Assembly: GCA_039621445.1 (NCBI GenBank)
Contig: CP154954.1
Coordinates: 47,533,847 to 47,597,846, forward strand
From: Euglena gracilis
Taxonomy: Eukaryota
Direction of reading: 5' to 3'
Length of the DNA: 64,000 nt
This document shows positions 1 to 11,175 of this stretch, piece by piece. How positions within the stretch are numbered: the first letter of the stretch is position 1; each line of letters begins with the position of its first letter. The notes beneath the pieces are model-generated. The model searched no databases. It worked only from the letters and a program-made list of their open reading frames with translations, and was not told the origin of the DNA. The position numbers and the translations under genes are program-made.

Positions 1-215
1 GCCCCTCCAATGGGTCAAATTTTCTTTCCGGTTCTTCGCGGCGAAAATTTTGGGCATTTTTGATTTTTTTTTTTGCCCTAAAATTTTTTTTTGACCATTT
101 TGGAGGGTCAAAAATTCTCGGTGGGGGGCTTGGCGCCAGGCCGCAGATCAGTCACATGGACGGACCAGCACTGGGTGAGGGGTGGGGGGTGCCCCCCCCC
201 CCGGACTGGGTCTGA

Positions 216-874
<659 letters not shown>

Positions 875-913
875 GTCAATGCTGGTCGGCAGCAAGCCAA
901 CCACAATGCACGC
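875..913 (+). CDS. psaD: PsaD exon (VNAGRQQANHNAR)
   Basis: 13 codons matching the PsaD VNAGR...N.R segment. Confidence 0.9.
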
Positions 914-1550
914 AGCCAGAGCTCACAAGAGCACCCAAGAGCACACACAAGCACCCTATAGCACCCATCCGACCCCCCCCCCCCCCGGGGGTAGATGTTC
1001 CCCTGGGCTCCTGTCATGCTTGTGCTTACCGACCGGGGGGTGGGGGTGCCATAGGGTGCCTGCCTTTAGCAGGCACCCCCCCCCCCGGGGGGGGGTCCGG
1101 GGGGGGCGCAGAAAATTTTCATTGAAAATGGCCTTTTCCAGGCCCCCGGCGCCGAGGTCGGGGGGGGGGAGTACCTGGTATGGGCAGGCACCCCCAAGAA
1201 TCCTCCGAGGCGGGAGGATTTGAATTGGACACGGCAACCACGTGCCCATCCATTCCCAGGGTCGCGTGCACAGCCAAAAGGACGGGTAAAAGGAAGCGGA
1301 ATTGTTGAGGGTTTTCATTTTGACCCCCCGTGTTTGGGCAGTTCTCTGAAAAAGATGCGGGAGAAAATAATCTGGGAGAAAGTTGCAGCTTCAAGGACCT
1401 TTTCTCACCTCTTTTGAACAAATTCTGGGAGCCGGAGTTTTTTCAGGAGTCCCAATACCCGGTGATTTTGCAAAAAAAAATCCACCATTTGTCCACCGGA
1501 AATTTGTTTGGACCCCTCCTGCAAGCCATGGTCTGGTGGGCGCTGCGGGC
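914..1550 (+). other. Nonconventional (non-GT-AG) euglenid-type intron in psaD, 637 nt
   Basis: c|agcCAG ... CTGcgggc|a: Y|R at both junctions, CAG at +4..6, CTG at -8..-6, partly complementary ends. Removal gives NAR|SIGEN in frame. The exact register can slide because gcagc is repeated at both junctions. Confidence 0.85.
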
Positions 1551-1616
1551 AGCATCGGTGAAAACGTGGAGCCCGCCTCCGTGAAGTTCAGCGGCAGCAC
1601 CCCCAAGGATTTGTGA
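1551..1616 (+). CDS. psaD: PsaD terminal exon (SIGENVEPASVKFSGSTPKDL*)
   Basis: Matches the PsaD C-terminal pattern SIG.N..P..VKF.G....DL and ends in TGA. Confidence 0.92.
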   Translation, partial: SIGENVEPASVKFSGSTPKDL

Positions 1617-1920
1617 GCGGCTGGCCCGCTGTGTTTCCGCATTTCACTTTCAACCCGCTGTCTTTCACACTCGGCTTTTCCACGCCTTTCTGGAGACCAA
1701 CCACCAAGTGAGTTTTCCAGTGGTGTGCATTTTCCACACGGTTGTTTGCAGTTGTGTGGTTTGGAAGCGCTGACAAAAGCCCCAACTGCTTTGGGGCAGG
1801 GTGGGGAGGCTCAACAGGAGCATATGTGCGGGTCAGCGGTCAGGCCAAGAAGAGGGAAAAGAGCCAGAGAGAGGCATCACAAGCACATCAGGATTTGTAA
1901 AAGGAGTTTGGGTCCCCTGC

Positions 1921-1976
1921 CCCAGGACACACTGGCAAACGTTCTTTATGATGTTTGCTCTTATTCCTGGGAAGAT
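1921..1976. repeat. Hairpin-forming repeat, second copy at ~3790-3845
   Basis: cccaggacacactggcaaacgttct...atgtttgctcttattcctgggaagat is near-identical in both copies. Stems are cccagga/tcctggg and gcaaac/gtttgc. Confidence 0.75.
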
Positions 1977-4900
1977 ACTGGCAGTCCGAAGTTCAGTGGC
2001 ATCACCCCCAAAAGATTCAGTTGGCCTCAGAGCATTGGTTTTGTACAGGGGGAGGGGGTATGGCCCAGTATTGCTGTTTAAGGCAACAGATTTTTTAAAA
2101 AAAAGATTAAGGCTTTTGAAGGCGCTATTTTCCAGCGCGGTTTCAGAGCTGTCCCAGTCATCAAGCCAATGCTTTTTGGTTTTGTGTGTGGTCCAAAATC
2201 AAAAAGTCATTTTTTAAGTTTTGGTTGGAAAGGCAATGATGTTTCAGGGGTGCGGAAGTAATTTAACTTCCTGCAGCCTGTTTTTTTTGCCGAGATTTTC
2301 TGTGTACATTTTTGCTCAGTTGGATCTCATTTTTCCTGTCAGAATTCTTAAACAGCATTTTCAGGGATTTGGGTTAAAGTCTTTCAGGCGCATTTGAAGG
2401 CATTTTAATGTTTGTTTCAAGGCGCGTTAATAAATAATAACGATTGGGACCCCACCAAGGGGTGCCTGTGTCCGACCTGGGTGCTTTAAGCGACTGAGTT
2501 ATTTTTTGGCTCCAGAACCCCCCCAAATTCTCCAGCGTTTTGCGCCAGGGGGTGACTTTCCACTTTCAAAGCACCAGTCAATCATTTTTCAAAAATAAAA
2601 AGTCACCCACTTCCACCCCTCCGCCTGGGAGGAAAGTGCCAATTGTCTGGTCGGACCCCCCCGGATCATTTTTCTTCTCTGGCACTTCATGTCACAAAAT
2701 GCATGTTTTTTTGTCATCTGTTTTCGTCAATTTGAAAGTCATCCGAAAATGCAATTTTGGGCATTTATTGAAGCCCCTGAAAAAATTTCCTGCGCTCCCC
2801 CCCCCCCCAACCGCTTTGGGGGCAGGTGGGTGGGGTCGACCCCCCCCACCCTGCATCTGCATGGTGGGCGGGGTCCCCCATCACCTCTTCCCATTGTTCC
2901 GGAAGCACCAATTTTTGCACCCCCAAAATTTTTTCCCAGCGCTTTCGGCAGTGGGTGTGTTTCGACCCATTTTGGGGCCCACATGGGAGGTCCCCCCAAA
3001 CCCCATTTTTTCACACTTTCCAAAATTTCAACATTTTCTCAAAATTTTGATTTTGAGAGGTTTTTGAAGCAAAAAAAAATGCCATTGAAAACCCAAAAAA
3101 TTCCCAGAGAAATAATTTCAGTGAAATTTAATTGTGCCAAAATTTGGTCAAAAATTTTTGAGTTTTGTTTCCCGGGTGGGGGTCGACCCCGCCCCACCCG
3201 GGAGGTGGGGGGTGGGTCGACCCCTGGACCCCACCACCCTTTCCTTTTTTCCCAGTGTCGCTGATTTATGGACTGAAACTCTCCCGAAAGTGGAAATGGA
3301 AATTTTTTTGTGCCAGAAAGATGGGGTTTGTGTGTGGCCCCCCAAGCGACCCTGGCCGTCGGGGCAAGGGCACCTGAGGTGTGGAGAGGGGGGTCTCCCT
3401 TCTGGGCTGAACGATGGGGTTCATCCAGCGGGACACCCAAAAGGTCAGTTTTTGGCGGTTGGTCGCCTTGCGCTGAAAATTTTGGCATTTTTTCCCCCGA
3501 AAAGCTTTTTTGGCAAATTTGGGGGCAAAAGTTTTCGGCCCGGCGCTTCGCCTCGCTGAAAATCGTTCACCCACCAGCCATTGCACAGGAGGGGGTTGCT
3601 GTCCTGCCATACTGGACCGGGGGGGTCCTAAAAACAGCCAGGCAAGAAGAAGGGATAAAAGGCACCAAACAAACAGCCACAGTGCACACAGGGGGGCCTC
3701 CCCTGTCTTCGAACACCTCTACAACCACAGGCTGACAGGCAACCGGCCAGGGGCCAGAGTATTTGCAAGAAGAGGTTGGGACACCCCACCCCAGGACACA
3801 CTGGCAAACGTTCTCATAATGTTTGCTCTTATTCCTGGGAAGATGTTGCAACGCCAACCATATTTTGACCTCTTCTGATCACCCAAATGATGCCCACCCT
3901 CCACCACATGGGGATTCTTCATGGTTCGACAGGGACAACCCGCACCTAAAGTCTGGACCCAGACCATGGATTCATTTTAGAGACCCCACACCCCCCCACC
4001 CCCCCCTTTTTTTGCCCCCCCCCCCCCCCGGTGAACCCATCAAGACAGACCTTTTTTGTATCAGACCCCTCCAGGCAGGCACGTCGTGGCTGATTCCATC
4101 TGCTGGCGTTGTGCATCCTTTTTGTCTCCCAATTTCGCGTGAGGCACGTTCCTATAAAAGCCTCGTGTATTGTTCTGAAGTTGTTCGCTGTTCACATGTG
4201 GATTCAAAGTGCATAAGAGCACAGTTGACATGTTGATACACTGCTTTTTTTTGCGTTTTCCTCTGGAAAAGGCATGATTTTTTTTTTGAAGAATTCCCTT
4301 GAGGGAATTGAACGAACTGAACAGCAGCGACCTGCTGAGCTGCTCATTGCACGGGATGGGCGGTATAATTGGGGACCCGGAGCTTGGCCAGCCCTCTTCT
4401 TGCCGGTTCGACTGACTCCCTGTTCCTCCTCGTTTCAGGAGATGGCCACCCGCATTGCTGGCAAATCCAGCTTATTGTGCAGTTGTTTTGTTTCGTCAGA
4501 CCATATATTAGTGTTTCGGGTTGTCCATCCCAACCTCTTTGGGGAGTGTGATTGACTGATTTTTGGCTCTAGACCATGCCATTGTTTAAGCTGTGCCTGA
4601 CCCCACCCTCTGGGGGGGGGGGTGACTGGCTGGTTTTTCGGAGTGACTGGCTGGTTTTTGGCTCCAGACCCCCCCCCCCCCCCGAGGGGGTTGGCGTCGA
4701 CCAGGATTTGCCAAAGGCGCCGAAAATTTTTTGGACTCTTGACCAAAATTTTTTCATTTTCGTCTTTCTTTCGCCGACTGGACAAAGTGACCGACCCCCC
4801 CGTGTTGATGAGCAATGGTGTGCTCCAGACCCCCCGAAAGGTGGAAAGTGCCCACCAGACGCTTTTTTAAATATTGGCTAATATCCATTGGTTTTTGGAT

Positions 4901-5740
4901 GACTGGCCAAGGTGATCGACCTGGCGACTGGGGCGGGGTGGCCACGGTGGTGAGGGCATCCCCACGCGGGACAACAGGAGGGGTGGCCGCAGTGCTCAGC
5001 CAGCATCCAAGGCAATCGTTGTCCTCCCTCGCTAACCTATATCTGGGAGGCAGGAAGGAGGTGACTGTGACACCGAAGCATTCACAGCTTGAGGAAAGAA
5101 TGGAGTTTAGGTTCCGGGCGACAGGTGGAGGGGTGGTTGAAAGTGAGCATGAACCCCGACAGTTGCAGGGTTTTGGCTGTATTTTGGCTTTTTTATTTCC
5201 GGCACAAAGCCCTGACAATTTTTGATATGACCCCCAAAAGTGGGTCCCGCAGACATAGATTCATTTATCACCGTGACCCACCCCCCACCCGGGTGTGTGC
5301 CCCCCATCCTGGCGGCAGGGGGTCCGACCACCCCAAGCCTTCCCGCATTCCAGGGGCGCCGATTTTTAGGTCCAAACTTGCTTTCGGTGCGAAGGAAATT
5401 TCTATGAGCGGGTCCCATGGTGCCCTCCCCACACTCCGGGTCCAACCCCCTGGGGGGGTCACCAAGTGAATCGATGCCCCAGCCCCCTCCTGAGAGGGAC
5501 ACCAACACACAGAGGTCATATTCACCACCTGCATCTGTCTGTGGAGTTGCATTGTCTATCCCTTGATTGACTGGCTTCCCCATGAGAGCTGCCTGTGTGA
5601 GCCAGGGAACAGCTTCCTTTTTGCAGACTTTTGTGTGTGCAAAATTTTCAGAGTTTCAACAGAGTGCTGGTGGCCGAGAAGGGGTTCCCTACGGGCCATG
5701 ACGAGAAATCGCCAATGGTGCAGTTGATTGTGGCATATCG

Positions 5741-6237
5741 CAGGGGGGGAGAAAATTGCACGTGCAATTTTTGCAGTTTTGTGCAATTTTCGATTTTCCT
5801 GAAATGTGCAATTTTTTTGCAATTTTGTGCAATTAATTGCACATGGTCCAGGACATTTTGTTTTGGAAAATGTCAGTTTTTGATACAATTGAGAACTTAC
5901 CGGGGTTTGTTTGCTAGGAAACTGGTGTGCGTAGTGAAAATTTCTGTTCAAAGGCTGTTTATTGTTGGTCTACTCAGTGTGCAAACCGATAATTGAATGA
6001 CTTAAGCATGACAAGTATGAAATGTGGTGCTTTCCCCTGGATGATGAACAAATTTAGGATGAATGGAGTAAGCACTGCCAACGCATATTGTCACGGATTG
6101 TGTTGCAATTTTTTGGGCGAACCGACCGGGTAAATTGGCAGAATATGCGGCCGGTCTAGTTTCTGGCATGGCTTTCTGGTATGTGTAATTTTGTGCGATT
6201 TTTTTGCACTGCAATTTTTTGTGCAATCCCCCCCCCG
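5741..6237. mobile_element. Non-autonomous TIR element (MITE), family CAG-G(n)-aaattgcac
   Basis: TIR-like ends with aaattgcac subrepeats and a 7-bp TSD catatcg/catgtcg. Homologous in inverted orientation to 62442-63607, with a partial copy near 37000. Confidence 0.8.
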
Positions 6238-6859
6238 CATGTCGCCCTTTGCTCTTCGGTTAGTGAGAGAGAGAGAGAGATAAAGAAAATGGACAGACCA
6301 TTCCGCGACATTGTGTTTCGGGAAAAGAGCGTGGGAAACCACAAATCGCGCCCTTCTATTTTTTTGAATTCACAGCAGGAGGGCGGAGAAAACTCGGACT
6401 CCCACGACAGAGGTAGGGGGAGGAAGGGACCAAGAGGGCGAAGCACAAGAAGATGGTGAGGTCCTGCTTTCTTTGCCGGCTGCTCTGTTCTGGTGTTTGT
6501 GCGTGCGCGGGGGGTGCTTCTTAATGCTTTTTGTTGCCGGAGTTGGCGATGTTGAGGCCTCCTCCGACACCTTGGCGACGCTGAACCGTCGTGGCCATTC
6601 CCCCCCCCTCTCCCTTGGTCGCTTGGTGGGCCCCCCCCCCCTTGATGGGGATGGTGGTCTCTTTCTGTGTTGCTGGGTGGGTGGTTGGGGCTGCCTGGTC
6701 CCCTTTCTGGTTGGGATGTTTTTCTTTTTCTGCCGATTTTTTGGGCGGGAGGGTTGGGCTCACCATCTTCTTGTGCTTCGCCCTCTTGGTCCCTTCCTCC
6801 CCCTTCCTCTGTCGTGGGAGTCCGAGACCATTCGGGCTCCGCACTGCGAGATGGTGAGG

Positions 6860-7800
6860 TATTGTGCACCCCCCTTTGGGCCATGATATTTTGGAATTTT
6901 GAAACGACACCCAGCCTCAAATAATGAGCTTGGAAGGCCCCAAAATTTTTCCACTGACCCAGTTGCTGGACTTCTTCCACTTGCAAACCAGCATTTTTCC
7001 ACCATACAAACCCCCGCCCCTCTGGTGCTGTGGGGTTTCCAGTGGGTGGTGTCCACCCCCCCCTCTTGCAGAATTTCTCTGGTCAGGGAATTCACCCTTT
7101 CTGATGTCAAAGGTCTTTTACCATCCAAAGACCATAACAAATTATTTTTGTGTCCAATCATGTGGGCTGTCCTTTCCACATACTCTTTCAATAAATGCCA
7201 GGGGCTGATGAGGGGGGTGTGTGTGGCAAATTCAATACTTCTTCCCATCTTGGGAATTGCCACCCTTTCCTTTGCAATAAAATAAAAAATTTTTCTCCCA
7301 CAAAACTGATTTTTCGCTGTGTCCTGGCTAGATCAACCCCCCTGTGGAGGGCCAAAAGCCTCCAACAGATGATGAGTCTGTTTCTGAGCTCTTTCACAGA
7401 TAGGTCTGAGAGGGGTGTGGAATTCCTCATGATGTTTTCTAGGAAATCAGTGGGGTCCCAAAAGTGGGCATACTTGCAGACATTGGCATTCCACTTCCTT
7501 TTCAATGGAGCCAGAAGAGGTGAAAATCTCAAAGACCCAAACCCTGGGAGTAACAATGCTGCTGCATATGCATTTCGTGCAGTATTGGTGCTATGAACAG
7601 CAAGATCAAGGATGGCTTCAGCCATCTTGTGGACTGTGCAATCCTGCAGGGGCACCCCTTTGTGCAATAATTGGCCCACCAATGCCCTGAAGGCTGAGTC
7701 ATATCTTTTGACATTTCCCAGATTTTTTATGTAAGTGTCGATACTGGACACCGAAACTTCCTGGGATTGTAATATTTGCCTGACACAATCAAGCAGGCCA
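6860..7800 (-). pseudogene. DIRS A tyrosine recombinase domain
   Basis: LHRGVD (catalytic R), HSTRGAG (HxxR) and AHYLRL (Y) are spread over ORFs 7188-8747, 6760-7263 and 6156-6986 by frameshifts. Confidence 0.9.
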
Positions 7801-9620
7801 AATTCCACCTTGGGGGGGGGCATCTCCTCCCCCCAGCAGTTGGTGAACAGACCCCATTGGGGGGGTACCAGCAAAACTCTGCTGCCTGGCTGCCTGATTG
7901 ACATTAATTGGCGCCACCATGATGTCGAAGCCCAGTGGGGTACGATCAACAGACAATGCAGGTCTGGGTTTAACATTAATCTCTGAACCCATTGGGGAAT
8001 GATGCTCCAGGGGGGGTTTGCATAAAATGGGGGGAGACCCCTTAAATCTGCCCTCAAGGCATCCACCAGCAAAGCCCCTTGGTGGGGGTGTCGACAAACA
8101 AACTTGGGGAATTTTTTGTTGCTGGGTGTGCAAAACATGTCCACCTCTGGGGATATGTCTTTTCTGAAAAATTGAACAATTTGGTGAAAGATGTTCAGGT
8201 TTAGGGTATAATCCCCTGGGTCCTTTTGTTCTCTGGTCAAGGAGTCTGCCAATTGCTCCTTTGTGGGAACCCAAACCACCTGCAAGTTGATTTGCTTTTC
8301 TTGGCAATGATACAGCAGGGGTTTTAAGATGGAATTTAAATATGGCTTTCTGCCTCCCCATTTTGTTAAATAACTCACAGCCACCTGGCTGTCCACATGA
8401 AGCACAATTGTTTGTTTTGGTTTGGCCAGTGCTTTGACAGTTTCCACTGCAGCTTGCAATTCTTTTTGATTGATATGAAGGACATGCAGGTCCCTCCAAA
8501 AATCCTGCACCTTTTGGCCTGAAGCCTTGTCCAGCCCCCCCCACTGCCAGGTGCTGCTGTCTGAAAAGAGATTCTGAGTGGCCTGGGATTGAAATGCCCT
8601 GCCAACCCCTGGCTGCAAAAATGCCTTTAATTCCACAATTTGATCCTTGACCCCCTGGGGAATGGTTAGGGTGTGGTCCCAACCCCACTTTGTGTGCAGG
8701 TCCACCATTTTGCAAAGTTGATCTGTCAGAATTCTGAGAAATGGCATTTAGACTAAATAGCTTCTGACTTGACCCACAATCGAACTGAGTTTTCTGCAGC
8801 TCATTTTTTGTGCTGTGAGCACCTTGCCTAGCTCCTTTCTGAGGGATTTCAGCTTTTCTTGAGGAATTTCTAATTGGCCTTTTTTCAGATTGATCCACTG
8901 GCCCAAATGTTTTATTTCCTGTGTTGGTTCCAGACAGGATTTGGGGAGGTTTAATCTGAAACCTGCCAACAAAAGGTCTCTTTTTACCTCTGCCAAATTT
9001 TGGGCTGCTGTCTTTTTGCTGGGGGCTAGCAGCAAAATGTCGTCCAGGTAGATGAAAACTACCTTTCCCTCCTTTCTCCACTTCCTTTCCCAGACTCTCA
9101 TGAGAGTCATAAACTTTTGTGGCAGGCTGCTGATGCCGAAGCATGCAGCCTGAAACTGCCACGTTTCCCCCCCACCTGCATGCAAACATGTTTTTCCAGG
9201 CTGCTGTGCAGCTTTAGGTGAAAATAAGCATCTTTCAGATCGATTTTTCCACAGAACCAACCCTTTTTAAAATATGGGAAAATGTTTCCCATGTGTTCCA
9301 GTCTGAACTTCTGGGGGGTGAAGTGGAGATTTAATTGTCGACAATCTGAGATTAATCTTTCTTTTGTCTTTTCCCCCTCTTTTTTGGAAATGATGAAATA
9401 AGGGACAAAATGTTTTGCCTCCTCTGGGGGGATTTGCCTGGTTGCCCCTGCACATTCGTATTCCCTCAGAATTTTTTGGGCAGTCATTATTTCTTGGGGT
9501 GTCTTGAAGGGAACTTTTAATGACATCTGAGGGGGAGGGGGAGATCTGCCATAACCCCTTCCCTTATCAGGTTTAATACCTCTCTGGTGGCTCCTGCCTT
9601 GACCCAATGGGGGATACTGG
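7750..9620 (-). pseudogene. DIRS A pol region: RT, RNase H, N6-adenine methylase
   Basis: Motifs ISDCRQLN, IDLKDAYFH, IYLDDIL, FSDSS, HINQKEL, DMFC..NPPW. In-frame TAA at 8748-8750 and frameshifts in C/G runs near 9530, 9170 and 7815. Boundaries approximate. Confidence 0.9.
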
Positions 9621-11175
9621 CCTGCAGGGCCTTGTAGGGGGGCACCCCTGGGTGTAATGTATCTGGGGATTCCACAGGCCCCATCACAGGGGTCCTTCCC
9701 CTGGGCTGCCCCATCACTGGGGGCCCCTCTGGGTGCCCCATCACTGGGGCTGCAGCTGGCCCTGCCATAGGGCTTTTCAAAGACAGGCTTTCCCCCTGTT
9801 TTGGAATGAATGGGGAAGGTCTGTGGTGGGGTGGTACATATAATGCTGGGCTGATTATCTTCTGGGGGGGGCCTGCCTGAGCCAATCTTGGGCCTCCCCC
9901 CCAAGGGCTGATGTGGTCTTGATGGTTTTGGCCACCACTTGCCTTCAGGGCCCTTTGGCCTCCAGAGGCACTCAGGCCTGCTTGGCCCCCATTGGCCTTT
10001 TCTCCAGGACTTCTCTGTCCATTTGCCTCCATCTGGCTGCCAGTGGCACACAGGCCTGCTTGGCCTCCATTGGCCTTCTTTCCAGGACTTTCTCTTCTCT
10101 GTCCTTCTGGGTTCCCAGTATAGGCCACCATGGCCTGTATTTGGCATTGGCTTGCTGCTCCTGGGAGGTTTGTGTCTGAAATTGCTGGGGGAAAAGTTGG
10201 ACATACCTTTCCCCAATGGGATCTCTCCAGGCTGGGGTACTGGCTGCCATAGCCTTGCCCCTGGGCCCACTGCCCTCTTGAATAATGGCTGCCATAGCCT
10301 TGATTCTGGGCCCCAGGCCCTGTTGAATGATGGCTGCCATAGCCTTGATTTTGATTTGAATCCTTTGGATTTCTGATCTCCCTTGAGAGGCTGCCATAGC
10401 CTGTGCTTCTTCCCCTGGAAGGGGAGGAACTGAGAAAAAGGGGTGGAGTCTGTTGGACCTGTGATGGTAGTCTCCCTGTGTATTCTCTTCCTGACCACAG
10501 TTGTCCATGGTCCATGGCCATCATTTTGAGTGGGGGAGTCTGAAATCTTTGATTTGCTGGGGGGTGGGGGGGTTGCGATGGCCACGGACTGACGTGCTGC
10601 TGCCGCCTCATCTCCTTCTGCAGCTGCCGCTGTGACTTCACCTTCCCCAGCTTCAGTTGACTTCTTGGAAGTTCTTTGCAGTTCTTCTTGAAATTCAGAG
10701 TTTCTTTGAAATTCATTCTTCATGGAAGTCCTTTGTTGATATCTGTGTTTCTGTTCTTTGAATTTCTTGTTCCAGTTGAACTCGAGGCGTTGAATTCTTC
10801 CTTCAGGAAGTTGAAGTTCCGAAGAAAGTTCGGTCCACCAGTTGGTAAAAGTATTGGTTCTCGGGAAGGTAGTACTCCTCGAAAAGCAATTCCACTTGAA
10901 CTCGTAGCAGTAAAACTCTTTCTCCTTGAGGTCGAAGGGCAGAATTAGGATCAGCCAACTCCGGCAACAAAAAGCAGTAAGAAGCACCCCCCGCGCACGC
11001 ACAAACACCAGAACAGAGCAGCCGGCAAAGAAAGCAGGACCTCACCATCTCGCAGTGCGGAGCCCGAATGGTCACATTTGAGACAACTTCAGGGAACCCC
11101 ATACGTTCCAAGCGGCACCATTTTTGACCAGAGCAAAAATCAAGCATGTGTCCCAAAGTTTTTTTGGGGGAAAGC

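Larger units (their letters stand above)
6393..11073 (-). mobile_element. DIRS1-type tyrosine-recombinase retrotransposon A (family 1), full length, disrupted
   Basis: ITRs at 6451-6547 and 10954-11050. The internal complementary region (ICR) at 6759-6859 matches both outer ends. Encodes RT, RNase H, methylase and YR domains. Confidence 0.95.

Noticed and set aside
7188-8747. 519-aa RNase H-methylase-YR fusion
   Set aside because: The join is at a 10-G run near 7815, and in element D these domains lie in separate frames.
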